Of a stretch of DNA of 44,009 nt, positions 23,297-35,447 are shown piece after piece (within the stretch, counting starts at the first letter, position 1; each line of letters begins with the position of its first letter). Position numbers and translations under genes: made by a program. The stretch is from Octopus bimaculoides. Lineage: Eukaryota. The stretch spans positions 23,736,377 through 23,780,385 of the forward strand of contig NC_068999.1 of the NCBI RefSeq assembly GCF_001194135.2. Reading direction: 5' to 3'. The notes under the pieces were generated by a model that saw only the letters and a program-made list of their open reading frames with translations, made no database searches and was not told where the DNA came from.

Positions 23297-24009
23297 ATGT
23301 GGTTTTAAAAAATGGGGAAAATCCCCGAAAAAATTTTACCCACAAATTTCTTTATAATTCTAATTTATGCCTTTTGAAAGGGATTTGTATAAATTTTCAT
23401 TAAAACCTACCCATCTTCCTGAAAGTTATGAGGGTAAAAAGTCAGATCGTGTGAATTTTCTGAAAATCTTCTCTCCACCTCCTCGCAAAAATTCTTTCCC
23501 ATAAATCCCTGTATACTCTGAAGCCACAACATCTAAGCGGTATTTGTAGAAAATTTGCTTAAAAAGTATCCATTTTTCTAGACATTATGAAGCAACAAAG
23601 TCCGGGGCATATACATCTGTAGTAATGCCCTTTTATTTATACGATTTTTTGCATTTCATGTTTATTCCATTCATTGTTTGCAATGTTCTCTCTCTCTCTC
23701 GCATACACACAGTGCAAAGCTTACAGATGAGCTGCAGAAATGAAATCTCTATGTTGCTTTGAGGGGAAAGTAAAACTTGACAAACTGCTTCTCCCTCTGT
23801 TGTTGGACTACTATGATGTTTGTTTAAAAAAAAGAGATTATGATTGTGATAAAATAATGAAAGCAATATTTATTAAGCAAGTGAGCACTATTATACAAAG
23901 AAATAATTCGACATAAAATACAAAAATTATTAGAAATGGGAATCAAATGTGAAAATATTATCAAGTGGCTAGCAGAAAACTGCCCAGAAATCAGTCTTTC
24001 TGCTTGTAT

Positions 24010-24400
24010 ATATAATTGAAAAGATTGGAGTCAACAAGAAGGGGTACAGTTGGACATTTATTTTTTAATCACTACAATTGTTTCCATGCAACATAGTTCT
24101 CCAGGTGTGCTGGTACTTGATTATGCAACTGTTTCCTTGCATTATGAGATCTAGTTGTGTTTCCTCAGGCGATATGTAAATATTGTCTCTAAGTTTCAAA
24201 TCTTTGGCTTCAAGAACATCCTATCTGTCAGTTGTGGCCTGAATTTAGTAGTCTCTCAGCTTATCAGGGTGTGTTGTTGCTGAAGGGCCGTTAGCAAACT
24301 GCTTTGAATATGTAGATGTAGTGGGATGGTGATTCTGGTACCAGAATCCAATTTTTTCAATTATCTATTCATACATGATGAATGCCCAAATGCAAACCTG
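24010..24400 (-). mobile_element. Possible highly decayed Tc1/mariner 3' remnant
   Basis: LRDNIYISP resembles the LKxxVY..P region; otherwise broken. Confidence 0.3.
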
Positions 24401-24518
24401 GAAGTACGTACCATACTACTACTGGATAGCACAGGGTAAATCTGAAGGTGGATGAGAATTATATTGTACTCTAATATGTTCTTCACAGAATATACCATAA
24501 CTATATATATATATATAT

Positions 24519-24800
24519 NNNNNNNNNNNNNNNNNNNNNNNNNNNNNNNNNNNNNNNNNNNNNNNNNNNNNNNNNNNNNNNNNNNNNNNNNNNNNNNNNN
24601 NNNNNNNNNNNNNNNNNNNNNNNNNNNNNNNNNNNNNNNNNNNNNNNNNNNNNNNNNNNNNNNNNNNNNNNNNNNNNNNNNNNNNNNNNNNNNNNNNNNN
24701 NNNNNNNNNNNNNNNNNNNNNNNNNNNNNNNNNNNNNNNNNNNNNNNNNNNNNNNNNNNNNNNNNNNNNNNNNNNNNNNNNNNNNNNNNNNNNNNNNNNN
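24519..24800. other. Assembly gap (N run) within (TA)n
   Basis: Ns. Confidence 1.
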
Positions 24801-24809
24801 ATATATATG

Positions 24810-25120
24810 CCAGTGCTCTCTGACTGGTTCCCATTCCAGTGGTATGTAAAAAGCACCATCTGAACATGGTCATTGCCAGTGCCCTCTGAGTGGATCCTGT
24901 GCTGGTGGCACATAAAAAGCACCCACTACACTCTCAGAGTGGTTGGCATTAGGAAGGGCATCCAGCTGTAGAAACATTGCTAGATCAGATTGGAGCCTGG
25001 TGCAGCCCACTGGCTTGCTAGACCTCAGTCACACCATCCAACCCATGCCAGCATGGAAAATGGACATTAAACGATGATGATGATGAGGAGGAGGATGATG
25101 ACGACGATGATAATGATGAT
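24810..25120 (+). mobile_element. Short RTE-related retroelement
   Basis: Same family as 4170-4400; further copies at ~25410-25610, ~29860-30020 and ~41810-42020. Confidence 0.8.
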
Positions 25121-25135
25121 ACATATATATATATC

Positions 25136-25358
25136 GAAGAAGGTAAAAATGAGAGAAAATAGAAAGCATCTGACAATGTGGAAAGTTTTATAAAACCTTT
25201 ATATTTCAGGTACAAAGGCCCAATAGAACCTGAATAACTGGACATTTCTCAGACAGTTTTCCTCCTGAAGATGGGCCTTTGCACCTGAAATATAAAGGTT
25301 TTATAAAACTTTCCACATTGTCAGAAGCTTTCTATTTCCTCTCTTTTTTACCTTCTTC
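25136..25358. repeat. Inverted repeat, 87-bp arms (25136-25222, 25272-25358), 49-bp spacer
   Basis: 4 mismatches in 87 bp counted by hand. Confidence 0.95.
25261..25298 (+). ncRNA. Hammerhead motif, family D
   Basis: cctc CTGAAGA T GGG cctttgca CCT GAAA TATA aagg; one stem I mismatch, AUA triplet. Confidence 0.55.
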
Positions 25359-25959
25359 AATATTGCAATGCTTCAAGTGAACTACAATACTCTTATATAT
25401 GCATAAAATGTAGCATCTGTGCTGGTGCCAAGTAAAAGCACCTGTGCTGGTGTCATGCAAAAAGCACCCAGTACACTCTGTAAAGCGGTTGGTATTAGGG
25501 CGGGCATCCAGGTGTTGAAACCTTGCCAAAACAGACACCTGCCAGTTCCTGTCAAACCATCAAACCCATGCCAGTATGGAAAATGGACATTAAATGATGA
25601 CAATGATGATGAATACAACTTTCAACAAATTTAGCATGAACATAAGAATGGAAGTAAACTTCACAGCAGTAAATTTCCACAGCTTAATCTAAGTTCAAAT
25701 CACAAGAACTGTTCAAGAAACTTACAAATAACCGATCATATGTATATGCCAAATTTAAGCACCCATCCACCTGTCATGAAACATGCACCCAAAAGCATCA
25801 GTAAGAGATTAATCATTGTACATGCCGGGGTTAGTCCACACACACATACATCTTTATTATCATCATTTATGTTTAGTTTCCATGTTGGCATGTGTTTGTC
25901 TGGCTGTTTTGACATCAGTCAGCCCACATTATTACATACACACATACACACACATATAT

Positions 25960-26295
25960 TACTTGTTTCAATTGTGATACTGTGGCCATGCTGGGGCACC
26001 ACTTTGAAGAATTTTTAGTTGAATGAATTGATCCTAGTACTTATTTGTCTTTTTAAGCCTGATACTTACTTTATTGGTCTCTATTGCCAAAGCACTAAAT
26101 TACAAAAGCATAAACACACCAATATCAGTTGCCAAGTGGTTTGGAGGATAAACACAGACACAAACACACACACATATGTGACAGGTCTTTTTCAGTTTTC
26201 GTCTACCAAACCTACTGACAAAGCTTTGGTTGGCCCGAGGCTATAGTAGAAGACACATACCCACAGTGGAACTGAACCCAGAACCATGTGGTTGT
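25960..26295 (-). mobile_element. Family 1 SINE
   Basis: Reverse-complement head and tail. Confidence 0.8.
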
Positions 26296-26474
26296 GAAGC
26301 ATTTATATATAGTGGGCACATGAATGTTGATTGACCATGGCTCAGATATAAGGACAAGCTGAAGAGTAACCTCTCAACAGTCAATATAGCAAAAACCTTT
26401 GAGAAAACAGCCTTGGATTGAACAAGGTCATTGCCAGTGCCCCCTGAGTGGCTCCTGTGCTGGTGGCACATAAG

Positions 26475-26660
26475 GACAATGGTATAAGAGGCTTTGTTTC
26501 AATCAGCATTAACAGGCTTAGGGGTGAAAGGCAAAGGAGGAAAGTGGTTGCAAATGCACCACCTGCAGTGACCCGTAATCCTCATACTTGCAACATTTGC
26601 CAGCTTTGAAATCATTGGCTGGACTCAAGTATCACATTCGACATAAGCATTATGACTAAC
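26475..26660 (+). mobile_element. RTE-type LINE 3' end with terminal C2H2-like motif
   Basis: RLRGERQRRK...PHTCNICQL/KSLAGLKYHIRHKHYD* (one frameshift). Confidence 0.65.
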
Positions 26661-26699
26661 AAAGAAAATGTAGGTTGTTAGATGCTCATACGTCAAACT

Positions 26700-27860
26700 G
26701 ACAGGAGAGTCCGTCAAATAGATATCGTTTAGGCTGATCATTTCTTTACCCGCACTTGTTATTTAGGGTATTTCTTGTTGTCATTTGTAAGGTTGGGGTT
26801 ATTAGTCAGGCATGTTGTGGCTTTGTTAGTATAGGAAGTTGTTTCTCTTGTGCTTTGTGCTTTCAGTAAAGGTTGTATGTTTATAAGCTTCTCTCTAAGT
26901 GTTTGTTGTTCTATAAGCAATTGCATTAGTATTCAGGGATTCTAAACTTCCTGTTTTGTGGAGGTAGAGTTTGCTTGGTGTCTGTTTATAAAATTTTTTC
27001 AAATTCTGTTCTAGATATATGCTAAAGTGGAGCTGATATAAAAGGTGTGAATATATTCATGTATAAAAATGGGAACAAAAATATAATATAATTTAATTAA
27101 AAGAAAGATAAAAGAAAAGGTTCATTCAGTTTGCTTGCATACAAATATACATTTTATGTGTGCGTATGTAAGTTTGTGTAGTTATATTAGAAAAAATTTT
27201 GTGAGGAATTCAGTTGGAGATAGGGAAACTTTTAGATAATTTCGAGAGTATTTTTTTAGTGTAAAAGTGTAAAGCTGTAAGAGTGATTTTTATTTTATTT
27301 TATGGAAGTGGTTTATGGTGTAGATGGATGGAGGGGAGTTGGAGAGATTTTACCAAGTTTAGCCATTAGTAAAGATTATTGGTTTAAAGTGCTTTAGTGT
27401 TTTGAAGATTTTGTGCTTGCATAAAAAGACTAGTTTGTACCTTTGGCCTTCACACTGTCAAAGCAAAAGGATTAAATCCAATAATACCAAAAGCAACAAA
27501 AAATACTATAACATCTTGTGCCTTCCTAACAAAAGAGAAACACATAGAGGATTATTTACTAAGTTCTACATGTATGAAAAAATTCTAATCAATAACATAA
27601 CTCTAAACTTAATTAAAATCTTTTCTAAAACACCTTTTCTTTTTCATAATAACTAACCATAATAACCTAATTACTACCTTAATCAAACCCACATACCCAA
27701 AGATGATTTTAACTCAACAGAGATTATATTGAAGCAAGATTAACTCTAATGCATCACAGTCTGATGACGGCTTAACTCGCTGAATCTTCGAAGTCACTGT
27801 CAACAACATTCTTGTGCATAAATAATAAATTCGAACTCTACAAAAGTATAGAGTAACCTA
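26700..27860. mobile_element. Decayed Penelope-like sequence ending in a hammerhead (family E)
   Basis: Weak motifs (minus IAYRTTNT*RE; plus LHTVKAKGLN) plus the terminal HHR. Confidence 0.4.
27756..27800 (+). ncRNA. Hammerhead motif, family E, with A15.1 to U change
   Basis: acagt CTGATGA C GGC ttaactc GCT GAAT CTTCGAAG TC actgt; 5-bp stem I, palindromic stem III. Confidence 0.6.
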
Positions 27861-27928
27861 TCAGATTAATGTAAAATTGTTTTTATTATAACACAACATA
27901 AAAACAAACATTAATACATATCATATAA

Positions 27929-27970
<42 letters not shown>

Positions 27971-28052
27971 ATAAATGAAACGAAAATGGAGGTTTACGAT
28001 TGACACATTTTAATTTATTAACATGATATTATATTATCATTATAATATAATA

Positions 28053-28260
28053 CTAGTTGGACCTGTGAAGACTTCACAGAAAACATAAAAAATGTAAGCG
28101 TCTGTAAATTGTGTGCTGGTGCCATGAGAAATGTTTCTATATTCTGACAGTAACAGAATATAAAAAGAAGTGTAAAACAGATAACTATAATCCAACCAAA
28201 ATATCTCAGTTGTGCAAACCTAAACGGAATTACTATTTAACCTCAAAATACATTGTACAT
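28053..28260 (-). mobile_element. Helitron 3' terminus (non-autonomous); inner boundary uncertain
   Basis: Minus: hairpin ctgtgaa-gtc-ttcacag, 6 nt, then CTAG followed by T. Confidence 0.65.
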
Positions 28261-28504
28261 ATTCAAAAAACCTTGTTGGTTTAGTGGTAAGGAACGTTCA
28301 TCTGATATTCTTTTATTCTTTTACTTGTTTCAGTCATTTGATGGTGGCCATGCTAGAAATCGACCCCTGGACTTATTCCCTGTAAGCCTGGTGCTTATTT
28401 TATCAGTTCTTCTGCCAAACAGCTAAGTTACGGGAAACACAAACACACCAACAATAGTTGTCATATTATGGTGGTGGAGGGGACAAACCCATACACATAA
28501 ATAT

Positions 28505-28539
<35 letters not shown>

Positions 28540-28699
28540 ACTATAATGGGGAATGCCGGTTTATGGGGTTACCCTGGGTTTCTTGCTCATAAAGGGTTTG
28601 TCCTTACGGTGTATCTTCGGACTCTTTTCAAACTCCAAACACGCTGACCCAAGAGCTCTTCAAATATGGAGTGGGAAAGGTAAACAATAGGTGATTACC

Positions 28700-29032
28700 T
28701 CCCCTAAACATTGGCTTTGCAAGCCTAGAACTTATTCTATCGGTCTCTTTGCCAAACCGCTAAGTTACGGGGATGTAAACACCCCAGCATCAGTTGTGAA
28801 GCAATGCTGGTTGGGACAAACACAGACCCACAAACACACACATACATATATGTGTGTGTGTGTGTGTTTACATACAATGGGCTTCTTTCAGTTTCCATCT
28901 ACCAAATCCACTCACAAAGCTTTGGTCAGCCCAAAGCTATAGTAGAAGACACTTGCCCAAAGTGCCATGCAGTGGGACTGAACCTGGAACCATGTGGTTA
29001 GTAAGCAAGTTACTTACCACACAGCCACACCT
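28700..29032 (-). mobile_element. Family 1 SINE
   Basis: Reverse-complement head ends accacacagccacacctgc. Confidence 0.85.
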
Positions 29033-29464
29033 GCGCCATAGAAAATCTCCCTCAATAGACTCCATTGAACACATGCAAGCATTGGAAAACTGGATGTTAA
29101 CATGATGATGAATGATGATAGAGATATGTATGCATGTATGTATGTATGTATGTATGTATGTATGTATGTATGTGCATGTGTTTGAATGTGTGCATGCATG
29201 TATATATGTTTGTATGAGTGTAGACACACCACATAAACACACTGGTTTGTAGGATATACAGTAGATCAAAAACAGTCGGCTGTCCTGTAGTTTGTTGTTG
29301 TATTGTGCTTTTTATATAATTTTTTGAAGTGATTAAGTGACCTGAATAGTGTGGAATGTTTGTGCTTTTATGTATAATTATTTTATCACACCACAATTAA
29401 CCTAAAAAAGATCCATTCCTTCCCAAGACAAGACGACACCTATTCACCTGCAAGCTAGCATGAG

Positions 29465-29798
29465 CTTCGCAGTTTTCTCACAAATAATAGGAATATGTCG
29501 AGTCATTTGAATAGGAGTGAAAATGACTAATGCAGTTAAATAAATATTATGAAAACATGTTTGAAAAAACATGGAATTTTTCTTGGAACGACAATTCTGG
29601 TTCCAAATCAGCAATCGTCTTCATGTAACATACATTTTTAGGTTTGTTTGCTTTCGACTAACCTGAACAATAAACAATACTTGTCATTGTGTCAAAAAAA
29701 GGACACTGCATATAGCTCAAGAAACTGTGGAGACCAAAACAGTTAACTCTTCCCCATCTTTTAGTTTTCAGCAAGCTAAGTGATATTCATCACTTTGC

Positions 29799-29844
<46 letters not shown>

Positions 29845-30680
29845 CACAGCAGAATTGATACTGGTGCTGGTGCCACATAAAAAGTATCCAGTACACTCTG
29901 TGGTGTGATTGGCATGAGGAAGGGCATCCAGCCATAGAAACCATGCCAGAAAAGAAGCCGGAGCTCAAGCTGTCCAACCCATGCCAGCATGGAAAACGGA
30001 TGTTACATGATGATGATGAAGATGTACGTATGTATGAGCAGTGCATGCCATCAAAGTGACACTGGGGTAAATGCCTGTATGTATGTATGTATGTATGTAT
30101 GTATGTATATTCATTTTCTATAGTTGTAAGCCCTTCCTGTTGCCAACTCCCACTTGTTTCTAAGCAAGGTAATATTTCCCCACGATCAGACATCTTTTGT
30201 TCACAGATTATTGGAAATGTATGTATGTATGTATGTATGTATGTATGTATGTACTGGGTACTTTTTATGTGGCACCAGCACTGGTATCAATTCTGCTGTG
30301 ATGATATATATATATATGTGTGTGTGTGTGTATATGGCAAAGTGATGAATGTCACTTAGCTTGCTGAAAACTAAAAGATGAGGAAGAGTTAACTGCTTTG
30401 GTCTCCACAGTTTCTTGAGCTATAAGCAGTGTCCACTCTTTGACACAATGACAAGTATTGTATATTGTTCAGGTTAGTTGAAAGCAAACAAACCTACTAA
30501 AAATTTATGTTACATGATACATGAAGTCAATTGCTGATTTGAAACCAGAGTTGTTGTTCCAAGAAGAATTCCATGTTTTTTCAAACATGCTTTCATAAAA
30601 CTTATTTAACTGCATTAGTCATTTACATTCCTATCCAAATTACTCGACATATTCCTACTACTTGTGGGAAAACTGTGAAG
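29465..30680. repeat. Inverted duplication, ~430-bp arms (29465-29895, 30250-30680)
   Basis: Arms align end to end with scattered substitutions; they include unique DNA, (TA)n and the start of an RTE-related element. Confidence 0.95.
29663..29724 (-). CDS. Candidate internal exon, unidentified (mirrored at 30411-30472 on plus)
   Basis: ttttggtctccacag acceptor, cag/gttagt donor, single open frame FLSYMQCPFFDTMTSIVYCS. Confidence 0.25.
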
Positions 30681-31009
30681 GGCGGATGAGCTCATGTGTA
30701 GTCAATGGCGATCCAACATTATATGTACATAGGTGTGTAGGTGCATGTACGTATGTGTATATATATTTATATATATTTTTATATATCATTTTATATATTT
30801 TTATAAATCTTTTTTTACATATTTTTTTATATATTTATATGTCTTTTATATATTTATATATATATTTATATATCTTTTATTTATTTTATTTATATTATTA
30901 ATCTTGAATTTATTTATCTTTTTTATTTAAAAAGAATAACATTATTAAATTGTAAAAATTTCAAATTTTATATCTTTTTTTTTATGTGTACATATATTTT
31001 TCGGGGGGA

Positions 31010-32450
31010 GGGGGTAGATGAGGCTCATCAGCCATGGTGAAGGCAACTCTTCTAGGAAAAGGACACTGACATAAAACCAGGTCAATAATGACAATCCTTT
31101 AATCAGCTGCACTATCAAAGCCATGACTGTTGATGGGAGAAGACTGGGCTCCTGTTTTGAAACAAAGCTGTCATTAGGACAACCAGTATAGGAGAATAAA
31201 ACTCTGAATTCAAATTGACTTACCACTGCTGACTTGCAGTCTCCTTTTGAGGAAAAGCCTAGAAGGTACTCCAATATAAAATCTGCAGTCAACTTAGTAC
31301 TAGTCATCTTGCTTTGCTTGTCACTGGAATCTACTATTTTGACCCAGAGAGTGGCAATAGTGTTGTACAAGCATTTGTCACTGAAATCAAATGAAGTACA
31401 GATGTACCCCAACAAACCACCATCATCATACAACCATCACTTTTCAAAAGTCCGATGACGATAGAGATGTGGCAACATATGCAGACTTGACCAGTTGGAA
31501 GCATACAGTTACAAATTTGCACATAAGGTGGCAGGGTTCTTATCTTAACATCGCTAACATGTTTTCATGGACAGGGACTGTTTTCGGTGGAGGATCCTGT
31601 GTCTGAGCAGCCCTTTTAAGGATAACATTGCTCACCTGGATATACTGGGAAGATGCTACAAAAGGTGTACTAAATATTGTCTGTCCTTTCTTTGCTGGTT
31701 AGTTTACTGTGGCTAACAGTAGTTCATTTTAGCAGGAATGAACAAAGAATTGATATAAACAATGATAACAAGTATGCAAGGAATAAGGTTTCTCTTAACC
31801 TGGCCTGTTGGAATGTGAGGACTCTTTTAGATCGAGTAGATAAGCCAGAAAGAAGGACAGCTCTAGTAACTAAGGAGCTAATGTGTCAATGTTGATATTG
31901 CAGCTCTTTCTGAAACAAGATGTTCAGATGAAGATCATCGTCGAAAGAGCGGCAGGTTTCACATTATTCTGGGTTGGGAAGCCGAACAGAGAGAAAAGGG
32001 AAGGTGGTGTTAGGTTTGCAATTAGAAGTGATTTGCTAAAGGACCTAGAACAACCACAAAGCATAAATAAACACATAATGAAACTCTGGATCCCTCTTTC
32101 TTGTGGACGCTTTGTAATTATTTTCTCTATTTATGCTTCTCCACTTTCAGCTAGTGAGGAAAATATCCATGCATTTTATGAGGAGCTTAGAAGAAGTATT
32201 CTGTCAATCCCTTTGAATGAGAAGTTGGCTGTGCTTAGTGACTTTAATGCATATGCTGGGAGAGACTATGGTGCTTGGAATGTACTCGGGTGTTACAGAA
32301 TAGGAAAGATGAAAAACAATGGGTTGCATCTTCTACAAATGTACTCTGAGCTAGGGTTGGTTGTTGGGAATACTTTCTTTCATCATAAGTTGAAGCATAA
32401 AAGTTACCTGGATTCGCCCAAGATCAAAGTAAGGTCACATGATTTACGTT
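31010..32450 (+). mobile_element. RTE-clade LINE 5' part: 5' UTR and APE endonuclease
   Basis: LNLACWNVRTLLDR...ERRTALV...DIAALSETR...GVRFAIRS...IYAS...LSDFNA...NGLHLL...NTFF. Confidence 0.9.
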
Positions 32451-32476
32451 GTATGGAAAATTGATGTAAATGGTGA

Positions 32477-32531
32477 AGACAATAATAACGATGATTTTTA
32501 TATATATATAAAATCATCGTTATCATTGTCT
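32477..32531. repeat. Near-perfect palindrome centred on (TA)n
   Basis: agacaataataacgatgatttt versus reverse complement agacaatgataacgatgatttt: 1 mismatch in 22. Confidence 0.9.
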
Positions 32532-32544
32532 ACACACACATATA

Positions 32545-32920
32545 TAGGCACAGGCGTCTTTGTGTGGTAAAAAGCTTGCTTCCCAGCCACATGGTTCCAG
32601 GTTCAGTCCCATGCCATGGCACCTTGGCCAAGTTTCTTCTACAATAGCATCAGCCTTGTGAGAGGATTTTCTAGACAGAAACTGAAAGAAGCCCATTGTG
32701 TGTGTGTGTGTGTGTGTTTGTCCCCACCATCAATGCTTGACAACTGGTGCTGGTGTGTTTACATCCCTGTAATTTAGCAGTTTGGCAATAAAGGCTGATA
32801 GAATAAGTACTAGTCTTAAGATATAAGTTCTCAGATCAATTTGTTCAAGTTAAAACCCTTCAAGGTAGTGCTCTAGCATGACCGCAGTCAAATGACTGAA
32901 ACAAGTAAAAGAATAAAAGA
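32545..32920 (+). mobile_element. Family 1 SINE
   Basis: Head and tail motifs. Confidence 0.85.
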
Positions 32921-33626
32921 ATGTATGTATCTCACAATAGCTAGATCATGGGTTCAATTCTTGAACCAGGCAGCATGTTGTGTTCTTCAGCGAGGCACTT
33001 TATTTCATGTCGCCTGAGTCCACTCAGCTGTAAATAGGTAACCCTGCCACAGACAAGCTTCCTGTCCAGGGGAATGCTGGCCTGCTCGCCTAGCCAGCAG
33101 GGTAGCATTATTTGAAAGCAGGCCATCTGTTATGGCCACTGGAACTACTAGATCACATGATTTCACCCTGCTTGAGCACCTCCATGACAGATATCTGGTA
33201 GCAACATAACAGCCAAATCTCCCTGTCAACAATATATAGAATTTCAATGATTATTTAGGTACTGATGTCACAAATAGCCAGTGGGTTTATTAAACAATAA
33301 TTAATAGCGACAGAAGCAATACTGATACAAAAAGCAATCATTATTGCCAACTTAATGCGGATGTTGTGTTAGAACACAGAATACTGTGTTATTTAGCATG
33401 AGAGAATCCCTCATAAGGAATTGTGGTGCATAAAAGCAACTCTTGTTTATATCGCTGACAGATGAGAATCATCTGCTACAGCTGCCAAAAGAGCCAGATC
33501 ATGTGATTTCACCTTGCTTAAGCATCTTCAAATGCAGATATCCAGTAGTGACATAATAGCTGAATATCTCTGTCAATGATATACAGAGTATTTGTGTTTG
33601 TGATTGCGTATATATATATATATATA

Positions 33627-33894
33627 CAGGGTGTGGTGAATAAACTGTTGTCTAAATTACGCAAAAATGAAAATAACACTGACATCTCATTTTAACAGAT
33701 ATACTCTTTTACTTGACTGCGGCTATACTGGAGCACCGCCTATAGTCAAGCAAATCAACCCCAGGACTTATTCTTTGCAAGCCCAGTACTTATTCTATTG
33801 GTCTCTTTTGCCAAACCACTAAGTTACGGGAACGTAAATCAGTTGTCAAGAGATGTTGGGAGGACAAACATAGACACACAAACATATACACACA

Positions 33895-33950
<56 letters not shown>

Positions 33951-34456
33951 CGATGGGCTTCTTTTAGTTTCCGTCTACCAAATCCACTCACAAGGCTTTG
34001 GTCGGCCCGAGGCTATAGTAGAAGACACTTGCCCAAGGTGCCACGCAGGGGGACTGAACCCAGAACCACCTCCAGGCACTTGATGTAGGCCTCTATGTTG
34101 AGTCTGAGGCCATGGGGGCAGATGAATGGAGGCATAATGTCACCATCACTAGTGATCACTCTAAACACCATGATGTTGACTGGATGTTTTATTTTTATCA
34201 CTCTTCGTACATGTCCTCAGATTGACACCCAAACACTATGAAATGTTCATATTGGAACTTCCAGCACAAATACCAAGCAGTACAACATATTATTTCCAAA
34301 TTTCTGGCTGAGTGAATTGTGCCGTGGGGCTGTTTTTCTCACAGACAGAGTCCAACTGACCCTACTATACTGTGTAAGTGACAAAATCGGAAACAAACAA
34401 TGCACATGCATGAAATTAAAAATATAAAATGGTGACAATTTACCCATCAAATCCTG
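33627..34456 (-). mobile_element. Second maT/DD37D element copy, interrupted by a SINE
   Basis: TA-cagggtgtggtgaataaactg ... gacaatttacccatcaaatcctg-TA; MIKIKHPVNIMVFRVITSDGDIMPPF. Confidence 0.9.
33705..34069 (-). mobile_element. Family 1 SINE (5'-truncated) inside the maT copy
   Basis: Replaces ~410 bp of maT sequence; no TSD seen. Confidence 0.85.
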
Positions 34457-35228
34457 TATATATATATGATATATATGTAGGGATAAATTATCCAGCCGGT
34501 TACTGTATACTAGGACTCGGTTATAATCTGGATTCAGGCTAATCGCATTGAGTAGTAAGGCACACCTAGGATTACTTAGGGTGCAGAATCCCACCGTAAT
34601 TCATCCAATGGGTAAATCTTGAGTTCACTTCACTGAATTAGGAATAATTTCAGGAGTGCAAATCCAAGACAACTACAATAAAGTTTAAGACTGAGAGTCC
34701 AGAAGTTTACTTCCCAACCAGATGATTTGGGGTTTAGCTCCACTTTACCTTGGGCAAATATCATCTACTCAGCCCTAGGTTGACCAGTCTTGTAAGTGAA
34801 CCTAGTAGACAGAAACTGAAAGAAGCCCATAATGTGTGCATGTGGGCGTACACATGTGCATGCGTATGTGCATACATGTGTGTGTTTGTGAATTTGTTTA
34901 CAACTGCACTCTATGAAAGTTGCCCCCTACAAGTAACTTGAAATCTCAATTGTCCTAGTAAAGACACAAATACAAAGATACAAATTCACCTCTTATAGAA
35001 TAATTAATTTGTTTTTCCTGACCATCTACATTTATCCTATTTTTTAACATCTTATGTATTACAATTTTATTAATGACAAATTTTCTTCACCATTAATTAC
35101 TAAAAGTTAAAAATTGCAACAATTTCAAGCATTGCTGTTGTCACTTCTATTAATGTGAAATTTTGTTTGTCTGTCCATCCAGGACCCCTATGTCTCTGTT
35201 TACATTTGCTCTACATAAACATATTTAC

Positions 35229-35329
35229 CTTTTTGGAATTAGGATGATCCCAGGATTGAAAATCTGCCCTTTATTTGGTTCTTGAACATCCAGCACTGGG
35301 ATCAGGTCTGGATGAGGATTTGTTATATG
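35229..35329 (-). CDS. Candidate internal exon, unidentified
   Basis: ttag acceptor, aag/gtaaat donor, open frame HITNPHPDLIPVLDVQEPNKGQIFNPGIILIPK. Confidence 0.3.
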
Positions 35330-35447
35330 CTAACAGCTGATAATTCAAATTTTAAAAGAATCCCAAAAATTTGTGATCTTATAAGTTTTTCATTTAAACT
35401 GAATTTAAAGTAATACCAAAACTTGTGAATTTAAAAAATATTTATAG

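Noticed and set aside
21954-23600. Tandem Helitron duplication as a rolling-circle product
   Set aside because: The copy looks identical, begins at a gap edge and is flanked by homopolymer-rich, low-quality-looking sequence; assembly redundancy is more likely
30750-30990. Extreme AT-rich tract
   Set aside because: Degenerate (TA)n low-complexity sequence
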